Assembly: GCA_043826435.1 (NCBI GenBank)
Contig: JBDRQF010000030.1
Span: 1-64,000, forward strand
Direction: 5' to 3'
DNA length: 64,000 nt
From: Elusimicrobiota bacterium
GTDB taxonomy: Bacteria > Elusimicrobiota > Endomicrobiia > CG1-02-37-114 > JAHJSO01
Position numbers and translations under genes: made by a program
Notes under the pieces: generated by a model
The model's input: only the letters and a program-made list of their open reading frames with translations
Databases searched by the model: none
Told to the model about the DNA's origin: nothing
Shown: piece by piece, positions 16,902-27,800 of the stretch
How positions within the stretch are numbered: position 1 is the stretch's first letter
How the letters are laid out: the number at the start of each line of letters is the position of its first letter

Positions 16902-19900
16902 TTATTTAATTTCCCAGGAGTGGTCGCCGAGCATAACCTTTACATCCGTGAAAAACCTATCCGTCAGGGCTACTTTCAGGGGAGTTTCAATGCGGACTTC
17001 CTTTTTGCCCGGCTCAATGACCTTAAGGATTACCTGTGTGTTCCCCAGATGTTTTTCAAGGCACGATTTTAGTTTTTCAATGAATATGTCGTCAACGCCG
17101 ACCGAGGTGAACGAGAGCCGTATCTCCTGCGCCTGTTTTATGGTTTTGGTTTCATATTTTTCCAGGGGTATTATGTCGTCCGCTATTATCGTCGGTTTAT
17201 CGTCTTTGGCGTTTATCCTTCCCTTTACGACAATAAGCCGTTGGGGGGAAATAACCTTTGAGGATGCTTCGTATGTCCTTGGAAATACGAGCACGTCCAC
17301 CTCGCCATCAAAATTTTCCAGACGGAATTTCGCCATCTGTTCGTTTCTTTTTTTTGTGGTGAGCCGTTTTATGTTCGTTATCATCCCGGCAACCCGGATT
17401 ATTGACGATTCGTTTTCGGGCAGGGAGTTGATTTTGTGGGTTGAGGCGGAGTTTATTAAATCCCTGTGTTGCGCTAACGGGTGGCCTGAAATATAGAATC
17501 CCAGCACCTCTTTCTCATAACCGAGGACTACGTGGTCGGCCAATGGTTCAATCTTTTCCTGCGCTGTTTTATCTCCGGAAATTTCAAAAAGTAAACTCTG
17601 TCCCGAATGGCCTGCGGCCGGTTTTTTCTTTTCTCCCGGAGTTGAGTTCGCCATTGAAAATGCCCTTGCCCTTATCCACGCCGGGACTGCTACCTCCTCG
17701 TGCAGGAACAACGAATCCACTGTTCCTGCTTTTATTAATGATTCTACCACCTTTTTGTTGACCTGTCGCGAGTCAACCCTGTTTAAGAAGTCGTCAAACG
17801 ACTTGAACGGCCCGTCGCGCCTCCTGACCGAAACGATTTCTTTCGCTGCATGTTCACCGACGTTCTTTATGGCGAGGAGCGCATACCTTATCGCCCTGCC
17901 ATCAATTGAAAACGTTGTGTCTGATTTTTGTATGTCGGGCGGCAGTATCTCAACGTTCATTTCCTTTGATTCATTTATATAGTTTATAAGGCGGGAGTCC
18001 TCTTCTTTTGTTATGGAACTCTTTCCTATTTCACTCGTGAATAGAGCGCACACGAATTCTAAAAGATAATTCGCCTTGAGATAGGCGGTCCTGTAAGCAA
18101 TCATGCCGTAGGCGGCGGCGTGCGATTTATTAAAACCGTATCCGCCGAAATGGAGAATCTGGGTATAAATACTTTCAGCGGTCTTTTTGTCTATGCCGTT
18201 TTTCTTTGCCCCTTCAAGGAATATATCCTGCTGTTTCTCAATTTCCTCCGGGACCTTCTTACCCATGGCGCTTCTTAAAACGTCCGCCTGGCCGGCGCTG
18301 AATCCGGCAAGTTTCTGGGCTATCTGCATTACCTGTTCCTGGTAAAGGATAACGCCGTATGTCTCTTTGAGTATCGGTTCAAGGAGCGGGTGGTCGTATT
18401 TTATGCCGGTCCTCTGGTGCTTCCTTGATACGAACTCGTCCAGCATGCCTGCCCCCATCGGGCCGGGGCGGTACAAGGAGATAAGGGCGACGATGTCCTC
18501 AAACACAGTGGGCCTTAATTTTCTCAGGAGATCTTTCATCCCATCCGATTCCAGCTGGAATACCCCTGCTGTTTTCCCTTTCTGCAGGAGTTTATATGTG
18601 TTTTTGTCGTCCAGCGGAATATTGACGATGTCAAACCCGATTCCGGGATTCCTGGCGTTTATAAGTTTCTGCGCCTCTTCAAGGATAGTAAGGGTCTTCA
18701 GGCCGAGGAAGTCAATCTTCAGGAGCCCCAATTTTATGAGGGCGTCGTCGTTATACTGCGTCGTAATAATGGACTGCTCCCCTGCGAGTTTTCGGACCGA
18801 CTTTGCAAGCGGCGTGTATTTCGTGATGTCATCCTTTGCAATCACGAGCCCGGCAGCATGCACCCCCTGGTGCCTCTTCAGGCCTTCAATCTGTCTTGCA
18901 TTATCAATGAGTTTTTTTATGTTTTCATCCGTGCGGTACAGGTCTTTCAGTTCTTTTACGGTATTTACCGCCTGGTAGATTGGCTCTCCCTGCCGAATCA
19001 TTTTTGTTATACGGTCGCCGTCAGCCACGCTGAAACCCATTACCCTTGCAACGTCTTTTATTGCAAGTTTGGATTGCATCGTACCGAAGGTTATAATCTG
19101 CGCCACGTTTTTTTCTCCGTATTTTTTCAGGACGTACTCTATGATGGCGTCTCTCCCGTAATCGGCGAAGTCAATGTCAAAATCCGGCATTGTTTTTCTG
19201 TCGGGGTTCAGGAACCTCTCAAACAGGAGCCCGTATTTTAGCGGGCAGATGTTCGTAATGCCTAACGAGTAAGCAACGATTGAGCCGGCACCTGAGCCGC
19301 GGCCGGGACCGACGGGGATGTTGTTTCTCTTGGCGTATTCCACAAAATCCCAGACGATCAGAAAATACGGAGCGAAGCCCATTTTATTTATAATGCCCAG
19401 TTCATATTCAAGCCGCTGTTTGATTGGCGGGGTGATTTCCGGATATTTCTTTTTCAACCCTTCCCCGCAGAGTTTCCGCAGGTAGCCGTCAGGCGTTTCG
19501 CCTTCGGGGACGGTATAGTGCGGCAGGAGAATCTGGTTGAATTGCATCTCCAGGTTGCACCTCTCTGCGATTCTCAATGTATTTTCGGTTGCCCCCGGGA
19601 TGCCCGAGAATAATTTTATCATTTCGTTTGCGGTTTTGTAATAAAACTGGTCTGTTGCAAATTTCAGCCGGTCGGGGTCGGCAAGTTTTTTGCCAGTGCC
19701 GATGCACATTATTATCTCATGCGAGGATGCGTCTTCCTGACGGAGATAATGGCAGTCGTTTGTGGCTACGACGGGGAGTCCTGTCTTTTTGGCCAGTTCC
19801 AGGAGTTTAGGCAGGAGTTCCTTCTGCTCGGGCATGCCGTTGTCCATCAGTTCAATGTAAAAATTGCTCCGGTCGTCTTCGTCTTTCCCGAAAATATCCC

Positions 19901-20420
19901 TGTATTCGGACGCAAGTTTCATTGCAAGTTCGTCGTTACCGGAGCGGAGCGCCTCGGGTATTTCTCCGTGCAGGCATCCTGACAGGCAGATTAAACCTTC
20001 GCTGAATTGTTTGAGTGATTCCCTGTCTATCCTGGGCTTGCGGTAAAACCCTTCCGTATAAGCGATGGAGGACAGTCGCATGAGGTTTTCATAACCCGTC
20101 TTATCCTTTGCCAGGAGGGTTATATGGAAGTTTTTTTGTGATTGGGGCGGCTGTCCCGGCTGGACGAACCTTGAGCCGTTCGTTATGTAGAGTTCCGCGC
20201 CGATTATGGGTTTTATTCCCGCATCGTAGCAGGCAGAGTAAAATTCAATTGCGCCGGACATGTTGCCGTGGTCAGTAATCGCCAGGGCGGACATCTTCTG
20301 CCCGGCGATGAACTTCAGCAGTTCGGACGGCTTACCTCTGTCGTCGGTAATACGACATGCCCCGTCCAAAAGCGAGTATTCGGTATGGTTGTGAAGGTGT
20401 ACAAATTCAGCGTGTGGCAT
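16902..20420 (-). CDS. dnaE: DNA polymerase III subunit alpha
   Basis: HLHNHTEYSLLDG PHP domain; GRGSGAGS, PDFDID and YGFNKSH motifs. Confidence 0.98.
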   Translation of the reverse strand: MPHAEFVHLHNHTEYSLLDGACRITDDRGKPSELLKFIAGQKMSALAITDHGNMSGAIEFYSACYDAGIKPIIGAELYITNGSRFVQPGQPPQSQKNFHITLLAKDKTGYENLMRLSSIAYTEGFYRKPRIDRESLKQFSEGLICLSGCLHGEIPEALRSGNDELAMKLASEYRDIFGKDEDDRSNFYIELMDNGMPEQKELLPKLLELAKKTGLPVVATNDCHYLRQEDASSHEIIMCIGTGKKLADPDRLKFATDQFYYKTANEMIKLFSGIPGATENTLRIAERCNLEMQFNQILLPHYTVPEGETPDGYLRKLCGEGLKKKYPEITPPIKQRLEYELGIINKMGFAPYFLIVWDFVEYAKRNNIPVGPGRGSGAGSIVAYSLGITNICPLKYGLLFERFLNPDRKTMPDFDIDFADYGRDAIIEYVLKKYGEKNVAQIITFGTMQSKLAIKDVARVMGFSVADGDRITKMIRQGEPIYQAVNTVKELKDLYRTDENIKKLIDNARQIEGLKRHQGVHAAGLVIAKDDITKYTPLAKSVRKLAGEQSIITTQYNDDALIKLGLLKIDFLGLKTLTILEEAQKLINARNPGIGFDIVNIPLDDKNTYKLLQKGKTAGVFQLESDGMKDLLRKLRPTVFEDIVALISLYRPGPMGAGMLDEFVSRKHQRTGIKYDHPLLEPILKETYGVILYQEQVMQIAQKLAGFSAGQADVLRSAMGKKVPEEIEKQQDIFLEGAKKNGIDKKTAESIYTQILHFGGYGFNKSHAAAYGMIAYRTAYLKANYLLEFVCALFTSEIGKSSITKEEDSRLINYINESKEMNVEILPPDIQKSDTTFSIDGRAIRYALLAIKNVGEHAAKEIVSVRRRDGPFKSFDDFLNRVDSRQVNKKVVESLIKAGTVDSLFLHEEVAVPAWIRARAFSMANSTPGEKKKPAAGHSGQSLLFEISGDKTAQEKIEPLADHVVLGYEKEVLGFYISGHPLAQHRDLINSASTHKINSLPENESSIIRVAGMITNIKRLTTKKRNEQMAKFRLENFDGEVDVLVFPRTYEASSKVISPQRLIVVKGRINAKDDKPTIIADDIIPLEKYETKTIKQAQEIRLSFTSVGVDDIFIEKLKSCLEKHLGNTQVILKVIEPGKKEVRIETPLKVALTDRFFTDVKVMLGDHSWEIK

Positions 20421-20429
20421 TCGGAAGTT

Positions 20430-21488
20430 TTATTCTTTCAGTGATTCCTTTATTTTTATTACTTCTTCAATGGAGGAGAGAAACACATCTACCACCTGCG
20501 GGTCAAAATGTTTGCCCCTTTCCTGTTTTATTATGTCAATGGATTTTTCAACCGGGAACGCCGGCTTGTAGGGCCGTTGTGAAGTGAGTGCGTCAAAAAC
20601 GTCTGCGATGGCTGAAATCCTGCCGAACAAGGGAATGGCATCTCCCGATTTTCCCGCGGGGTAGCCGCTCCCGTTGTATTTTTCGTGGTGGTTCAGAGCG
20701 ACCTCCTCGGCGAATTTCAGCAGTGTGAAACCGGAGCCCGAAAGTATTCTGGCGCCTATGGCGGCATGTCTTTTCATTAAGTCAAACTCTTCGGGGGTGA
20801 GCCGTCCCGGTTTCAGCAGGATGCTGTCGGGTATGCCGATTTTACCCAGGTCGTGCATCATTGAGGACTGTTCAAACAGGTCAAGGGTTTCACCATTTAT
20901 GCCGAGCCGTTCAGCAACAAGGCGGGCGTATTTACCGACGCGCAGTATGTGTTTGCCCGTGTCGTCGTCCCTGTATTCTGCTGCAAGGAGCAAACGGTAG
21001 ACGGTCTCCATGCTGGAGTCCTTTAATTGTTGGTTGCATGTCCTTATTTCCTGTGTGGTTTTATCCACCTCTTCCTTGAGAATTGTATTTTTGTTTTTTA
21101 GCCAGTCGTGGTGTTCCTTTAATTTCAGTAAATTCCGGACGCGCACAAGCAGAATTTCCGGCTCAATCGGTTTTGTGAGAAATTCGTCAGCCCCGCTCTT
21201 CAGGCCTTCTATGCGGGCATTGCGGTCGCTAATAGCGGTAATCAGCACGACGGGAGTGCCGATGTCCTTTTGTTTGATTTGCCTGCACACCTCGTAGCCG
21301 TCCATAACGGGCATCATTATGTCCGTCAGAACGATGTCAGGTCCGTCGTTTTTCAGGGCATCAATTTTATCCATCGCCTCCCTGCCGTTTTTTGCCCGGA
21401 TAACGGTGTAGCCCTCCGGTTTCAACACTGATTCCAGGAGGGCGAGGTTTATTTCTTCGTCGTCAACGATGAGGATTGTGTTTGACAT
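20430..21488 (-). CDS. Response regulator with HD-GYP c-di-GMP phosphodiesterase domain (RpfG-like)
   Basis: REC domain (ILIVDDE, DIMMP); HDLGKIG, HHEKYNGSGYP and RPYK motifs. Confidence 0.93.
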   Translation of the reverse strand: MSNTILIVDDEEINLALLESVLKPEGYTVIRAKNGREAMDKIDALKNDGPDIVLTDIMMPVMDGYEVCRQIKQKDIGTPVVLITAISDRNARIEGLKSGADEFLTKPIEPEILLVRVRNLLKLKEHHDWLKNKNTILKEEVDKTTQEIRTCNQQLKDSSMETVYRLLLAAEYRDDDTGKHILRVGKYARLVAERLGINGETLDLFEQSSMMHDLGKIGIPDSILLKPGRLTPEEFDLMKRHAAIGARILSGSGFTLLKFAEEVALNHHEKYNGSGYPAGKSGDAIPLFGRISAIADVFDALTSQRPYKPAFPVEKSIDIIKQERGKHFDPQVVDVFLSSIEEVIKIKESLKE

Positions 21489-21495
21489 TGGCGTT

Positions 21496-21531
21496 GGGAT
21501 TGTTTCGCTCCCCGCGGTCGCTCGCAATGAC
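21496..21531 (-). repeat. GTCATTGCGAG palindromic repeat copy
   Basis: Reverse complement reads gtcattgcgagcgaccgcggggagcgaaacaatccc. Confidence 0.85.
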
Positions 21532-21561
21532 CCTTTATAATTCTATAATACCAAATTTCCA

Positions 21562-22884
21562 CTAAAATATCCAGCCGCCGCTTGAAAGTTCCCCCCGCAG
21601 GAGAGATATAACCTTTTGCCGGTAGTCGTCGGGCATCCCGGATTCGCCGGATTCAATTTGTTTTTTCAACATTTTCAGACCCTTTATCGTTTCACGTTTT
21701 ACCCTCTCGTCAGGGTCATTCAGCAGTTCAAATAATATATCAAGTGTCTCCGGCTGGCAGATAACTACGAGCGCCTTTACAATGTTTGTCCTTATGCCGC
21801 CGTCAGGATTGTCCGCCAACTTTTTTAGGAATGTCATCGCCGTTTCTTTTGAATTTTCATACAGGGACTGGGATTTAATCGCTATTGAATCCCGTATCTG
21901 GTCAAGTTTCGGATGGGAGATGAATATGTTGTCGGTTGACGGGATGTTATTGAAAACAAGCGTTTCCAGTTTTTCTTTCTCGTTGCTAAAGAAAACTTCC
22001 GGGACAAAAGGTGGCTGGACCGGCGACCTGACAGACGGTTTGGGAGCAACCCCGTCGGCACCGGCAGCCCCGTCGGCACCGGCAGCCACTTCAACCATTT
22101 CACCCCGCGTCTCCCTGTTTTCCACAAAGTTTTTGGAAAGGTTCATTATTGATGTTTCAAACGCTTTTCTCTGGCTTTTTATTTCCTGCTTAAGGTTCCT
22201 TATGTATAAAATGATTAAAACGGACGGTATCAACAATATTGCGCCGGTCAGTCCTGCCAGTATTATCAGACGGGCGGGTATTTCGGGTTTTAATGCAGGG
22301 GCCGGCGTTATGGCGGGCGCCGGCGCAGGTTTTTTATCAACTGTTTTCGCGCGTACAGTGGCCGGTTTTGATGCAGGGGCCGGGCGAGGTGTCTCTGCGG
22401 TCGCTGCCGGTGTGGTTTTTGGGAGCAGTTCTTCTTTTTGCGGAGGCGACGGAGGAGGGGTTTCTTTAATTTGTAATTCAGGTTTTTGACGCTTAAGTAC
22501 GTCACCGGTAATCAAATATAATTGTTCAATTTTTTTATCGCCCGGCAGGAGAGACCTCCCCTTCTCAAGGAAATGCATAGCGTTTTTATAATCCCTCGTC
22601 AGGTTGTAGTGTGTCCCCGCCTCAACGATAACCCGTGAGAGAAAATCCATTATCTGTTTGTCTTTCGGGACAAGGATGGCCGCCTTCTCCAGGTTTTCAA
22701 GCGTCCTGAAATAGTCACCCTGCAGGTATATCTCTGTCGCGGCATTGAAGTATATGGCCGCCTCTTCCGGTTTATTGGCGGGGGCTTCACCCACGGAAGA
22801 TTCACCCGTTGCGGACGGCAAATCAAACACCGTCACTACCGCTATCGTTACTACCACAAGCAGGGAAATAAAATTTTTTTTCAT
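21562..22884 (-). CDS. Signal peptide + TPR + Pro-rich linker + TM + cytoplasmic HEAT-repeat protein
   Basis: TPR-like helices, PA-rich linker, TM LIILAGL...IILYI, and LNDPDERVKRE HEAT repeat. Confidence 0.7.
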   Translation of the reverse strand: MKKNFISLLVVVTIAVVTVFDLPSATGESSVGEAPANKPEEAAIYFNAATEIYLQGDYFRTLENLEKAAILVPKDKQIMDFLSRVIVEAGTHYNLTRDYKNAMHFLEKGRSLLPGDKKIEQLYLITGDVLKRQKPELQIKETPPPSPPQKEELLPKTTPAATAETPRPAPASKPATVRAKTVDKKPAPAPAITPAPALKPEIPARLIILAGLTGAILLIPSVLIILYIRNLKQEIKSQRKAFETSIMNLSKNFVENRETRGEMVEVAAGADGAAGADGVAPKPSVRSPVQPPFVPEVFFSNEKEKLETLVFNNIPSTDNIFISHPKLDQIRDSIAIKSQSLYENSKETAMTFLKKLADNPDGGIRTNIVKALVVICQPETLDILFELLNDPDERVKRETIKGLKMLKKQIESGESGMPDDYRQKVISLLRGELSSGGWIF

Positions 22885-24392
22885 TTTGGTGTCATCTCCA
22901 TTATTTCTATTATTGTGTGTATTCGTTTAAGGAGTGCAACCCCCTCTTCGTTCTTCGGGTCAATTTTCATCATCTCCATAAGTTCCGACTTCGCCTCATT
23001 GTATTTCTTGTCCTTTAAGAACAACTGCGACTGCGAGAGGAAAGAAACTATGCTGGCGCCCCTGTGGTCAGGGGCGATTGAAAGCACTTTCTTCGCCCCC
23101 ATTAAGGAGCCCTGGTAATCGGTTTTCTTGTAGAGTTCGCGGGATTCAAAATACAGGTTGTTCAGATAATCTTTCTGGGAGAGGCGGTTAATTTCCTTAA
23201 GCATTTCCGTTGCCGCATTGTTCTGCGGATCTTTTGATATTATTTCTTTAAGCGTCTTTTCCGCCTGTTTGTAATCACCCGATTCAAAATGTTTTTCCGC
23301 AATGGATAATTTTACCCGGCACCAGGTCTCAAGCGCAAGTTTTTCCCTTTCGGCCTTTATCCGTTCCGTCTCTATCTTCTTTTTTTCATGGAACAATTTT
23401 TTTTCCGTCTCAAGCCCGTTTATCTGTTGCAGGACGATTTTTTCTTCTTCCCCGGGAATGAAGCCGTACATCAGATTTATGCTGAACTTGTGGACCAGGT
23501 CAACAGGGTGTATGCCCAGGGCATAATCAAAAGTAACCCGCCTGGATGACAACCCGAAACCAAGGGTAAATTCCCTGTGGTTCAGCCCTCCCCTTAAAAT
23601 TAAGTTATCAATCGCCCTGAATTCTATCCCTGCCGACCACCTGAACACGGGTTTGACAAAAATCTCCAGAATGTACGTGTCAAAAAAACCCGTCAACCTG
23701 CCGGGAATAAATATTTGCGAGAGTCCTCCTCTGAGGTTCGGCGTGATTCTGTCTGAGCCGTATTGTGTCGGGATTAAATTCTGCAGGCATATTCCGTGGG
23801 TTGTGTCGGCGCCGTACCTGTATAATACTCCCAAATCAGCGGTGTGGAACATCGCCGAATAGTTATCAATTGACTGGCTTAACATCTTAATGTTTGCGCC
23901 CCATGCGAATTCCCCTGAAATTGCCCTTGAATACGTGATGATGTATGAGTTGGAAGTTTCACTGAAGTTACCGAAGGTTCTTCCGGTTGAATCCGTCTTT
24001 TCCGCCTCGCCCGAAGAAAGAAGCCCCATGCCCATTCCAAAAAAGTTCTTTTTATCAATCGGGACAGCCATATTCACCGTGGCGAACCTGGTATTTAAGA
24101 ACAGGGCGATGTTCGTTACGTTTATCTGGTTGTAGTATATCCGTGATATACCTGCGGGGTTCCAATAGGGGGAATCGGCATCGCTGCCGGCAGTGTAAGC
24201 GTTTCCGACCCCTGCTGCGCGTGCGTTTGCGGTGAATGACCACAGGTGCTCAAAGGGCGCCGCACCCCCGCTCTGTCCCGACGGAAAATACTCAAAATGC
24301 AGGCACCGGCCGGATGACACAAACAGCATAAATACAACCAGCGCGGATATAGCCGGGATAATGCCCTTCATAAACAACCACCCTTTCGCCAT
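22881..24392 (-). CDS. PorV/FadL-like outer-membrane beta-barrel with C-terminal coiled coil and TPRs
   Basis: ARAAGVGNAYTA...YWNPAG motif, alternating beta-strand pattern, TPR tail. Confidence 0.75.
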   Translation of the reverse strand: MAKGWLFMKGIIPAISALVVFMLFVSSGRCLHFEYFPSGQSGGAAPFEHLWSFTANARAAGVGNAYTAGSDADSPYWNPAGISRIYYNQINVTNIALFLNTRFATVNMAVPIDKKNFFGMGMGLLSSGEAEKTDSTGRTFGNFSETSNSYIITYSRAISGEFAWGANIKMLSQSIDNYSAMFHTADLGVLYRYGADTTHGICLQNLIPTQYGSDRITPNLRGGLSQIFIPGRLTGFFDTYILEIFVKPVFRWSAGIEFRAIDNLILRGGLNHREFTLGFGLSSRRVTFDYALGIHPVDLVHKFSINLMYGFIPGEEEKIVLQQINGLETEKKLFHEKKKIETERIKAEREKLALETWCRVKLSIAEKHFESGDYKQAEKTLKEIISKDPQNNAATEMLKEINRLSQKDYLNNLYFESRELYKKTDYQGSLMGAKKVLSIAPDHRGASIVSFLSQSQLFLKDKKYNEAKSELMEMMKIDPKNEEGVALLKRIHTIIEIMEMTPK

Positions 24393-24431
24393 TTTGCCCT
24401 CACGCCATTTCGCTCCTGTGTTCTTTTGCCC

Positions 24432-24794
24432 TTACAGGAGTTCCTTGATTTTACTCTTGATGAGTTTAATCGGCACGGGCTTTTCAAAATAGGCGGACAC
24501 TGTGACCCCTTCCCTTAAACCCAGGAGTTCTTTAAGGTTCCCTTTGCCCGTTATTACGATTACCGGGATTTTTGCCGTTTTCGGGTTTTCCTTGAGTTTC
24601 AAGTTAACCGCATGTCCGTCCATGTTGGGGAGCATCAGGTCAAGGATAATGATGTCGTAGTCGGTTTTTTTTATCTTTTCCATCGCCTCAATCCCGTCGT
24701 AAGCCGCGCTGACCTGGTATCCCTCACTGTTAAGTGCCATTGAAAGCACTTCCGTAATGTCTCTGTCATCTTCAACAATCAGGATTTTTACCAT
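24432..24794 (-). CDS. Single-domain response regulator (receiver)
   Basis: KILIVEDD, LDLMLP and KP motifs; AAGGAG 9 nt upstream of ATG 24794. Confidence 0.9.
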   Translation of the reverse strand: MVKILIVEDDRDITEVLSMALNSEGYQVSAAYDGIEAMEKIKKTDYDIIILDLMLPNMDGHAVNLKLKENPKTAKIPVIVITGKGNLKELLGLREGVTVSAYFEKPVPIKLIKSKIKELL

Positions 24795-24869
24795 TTCGTT
24801 CATCTCCTTTGTTGCAGGATTGCTTTTGTGCGGTAACACCCGCCAAAGGACTGCATCCCACGTCCGTCA

Positions 24870-27800
24870 TTATTTCACAACACCCACGTATTTTTTTTCA
24901 CTCTGCCCGGTGCTTGTTGATTTTGCATTGAAAACAACCAGATACATCCCGTTGGCGACCGTCCTGCCGTCCCCGTTTTTACCATCCCAGCGTATCTCAT
25001 TGGTGTATCCGTCGGGGAGACCTGTTGACCTGCCCGATGTCCCTGCGGGGAAATTCCACTCCCTGACCAGGTCGCCTATCAACGTGTAAATCCGGACTGT
25101 TATTTCGGCATTCTCGGTTAAGACATATCTTATACGGGCGTCCTCTTTCCCTGCCGCGAACGGGTTCGGAAATATATTTATGTTGGAGAGCAGGCCGTTC
25201 GGCCTGTTGGCAGCGAGGAGCGTGAAAAACGAAAAATTATTAGCCGTGGCTGAGACCCTCCTCTTGTTTTTATCAAACGACTGAGATGTATCAAAAAATT
25301 TCCAGGACGGGGACTGCCCGTCGGGGGATTGGATGCCGTGGGACTGCCCGCCCGACGCTTGTTCGTCCAACGAAGCGATTTTAAGGTTTTCAACAGGGAT
25401 GACCGTGCCGTCCATATATCCGTCGTTGTTATCGTCCGTGTATGAAAAATGCACTCTGGCGCTGACGCCGGGGGCGCTGATTTTTTCAAAATTTATATCC
25501 TTTATCTCTATGTTGTAAATGTCGTAGTCCGTAAGTTTTATCAGCCGGTCTCCTGAGGCGTTCAGTTCAGCCGAGGCGATAACCGGGTGTTCCTGCGGGT
25601 TGATTTTTTCAATAAAGAGAAAGCCGTTTTCCGGGAGCCCTGAAATTATTTCGCCATATACCCGTCCGTCGGCTGAGGCAGCCCTGTCCCTGCTGAGCGT
25701 TGTCCATGACCATGTTTTATCGGAGAATGTCTCTTTGCCCAACGGGTCTTTCGCCCTGACCTTCCAATAGTATTTCATATTTTCAAGGATGCCGGGGAAC
25801 GCGATGGAATGTTTGTTTTGCGTCAGCCCGTCAACTACCGTAGGGGGCTGGAAATTCGGGTTCGTGGAGTAATAAAGCGTCCATTTTATCGCGTCTTCGG
25901 GGTTGGGGTCGCCGTTGTTTTCCCACGAGCAGTCAACCCGCAGGACGCACACTTCCGCCCCGTTTGAGGGCTGAACGAGATTAAACGTATTCGGCGGTTT
26001 GTTTGAGTTGTCAAGTTTAAAATCGCCGTTTGAAGTATCGCTGGAAGTATATTTTTCCGTAGTGTTGTTTTCAACCGCAAGGACTTTTGCCCTGTAATGC
26101 GGGCCGTTCGGGTAAGAGGCGCTGTTCCATATATAGTAGGTCGCAGGGGTTTGCGTCTGTGCAATCAACGTCCAGCCGATACCGCTGTCACTTGAGATAT
26201 ATACAAAAATGTCATGAGTGTCAATCCCGTTTACGTCGGCTATAAGCCAGGATATGCTTACGTTTCCCGAAGTCATTTCCCCGCCGTCCGGGTGTGTAAC
26301 GGTTATCAGGGGCGGCTCGTTTATGTTGTCAATCGTCCAATCGCCGGACGAAAAACCTTCCCCCGACAACCCTTTTGTGTCTGTGGCGATGACCTTGAGC
26401 CGGTAGTTTGAGCCATTGGAGGCAGTTCGGGTATTCCATATATAGTAGGTAGTGCCATTCGGTATGCCTGTTATTATTGTGATACTGTAGGTATCGCCCG
26501 AATCAGAAGACAATTTTATTGTAAAATTCACAGAATCACCTGGGTTGGGATCAGTGCAGGACCATTCTATACTATTTTCCTTGACCCATGTCTTGCCGCT
26601 TGTGGGCGAATTTAATGTTACAATTGGTTCTGCATTTGTAAAGGCATAAGGGCTTACGGTTGACACCCCGGAAACATTGCCTGCGTCGTCACGGACCTTT
26701 ATTGCAAAAAAGTAAGTCGTTGCGTCCTGCAGTCCTGCAACGGAAGTATCAACGAGAGTCCCGGGCGCAATGCTTATAATCGGATATATTGATTCGCCGG
26801 CGGCATTGTCCCACCCGGTTTCAGTTAAGATTGCGGAGGCAGATGAGTATCTGACGATATATCCCCCGTTTGTAATGTCGCCCGAAATTCCGTCGTCGCC
26901 CGGGCATAGCCATTTAAGATGAATCTGGCCGTTTGAGTCGCCAGGACTTGCAGTTATTGACGTTACTGCGGCCGGTGGATGTGTATCCACGAAAAATGTG
27001 TAGGTTGCCGACCAGGGACCTGTGCTTGGGAAAGTATCATTGGCATGAACACGCCAGTACCACTGCCTCTCGTCCAGCGTTTGAGACGGCGTGAAAGATA
27101 CCGTCGGGCTTGAAATCTCCTGTATGTAATTCTGGTCTATTACCAAAGAGACAAAACTCGTATATGACGACACCTGCAGGCGGTAGGTAAGAGGAGAATC
27201 ACCGTCTGCGTCCGCAGATTTATTCCAGACGAACTCAGGGCTGGGTTTATTGATACTGGAATTAGCCGACGGGGAAACAAGTGACGGCGCCTGTGGCCTG
27301 TTGTTAAACGTTACGTATAACTCATAGATTTCAGGGCTTTCCGGCGGGATGTCCGTGTTGAACCACCCTTTTAGTCGGATATATTTTTTATCCGTGTGTC
27401 CTATCCAGAAACTATGAGGCCCCGCTCCGTTGTAGTAAGACGAAGTACCGCCGTCCCATCCCCGGTACTGGTCCCAGTCAACCCCGTTGTCGGAATGGGC
27501 GCTCCGGAATTTGATTGTGGTTGAAGATGGTTCACTGGCCGACGGACATGAAAATTTCAACCAGACGACGGAAGTGGGTGACGGGGTGGTTATGGTTACA
27601 ATGAAAGTCCCTGACGACCTGATTAAAAATTTCCAGAAATCAGATAGGGCTGTCCCGTCGGTCCCGCCATAGACGTGTGCGATGCCGGCGGTATCCACAA
27701 ATGAGCCCTGCTTGTTCCTTGCCGGCGGAGGGTTTGGTAAAGACGTGGCTGACCATTGATTCGTGTTGAAGTTGTAAAGCCATGTTTCATTGGACATAGA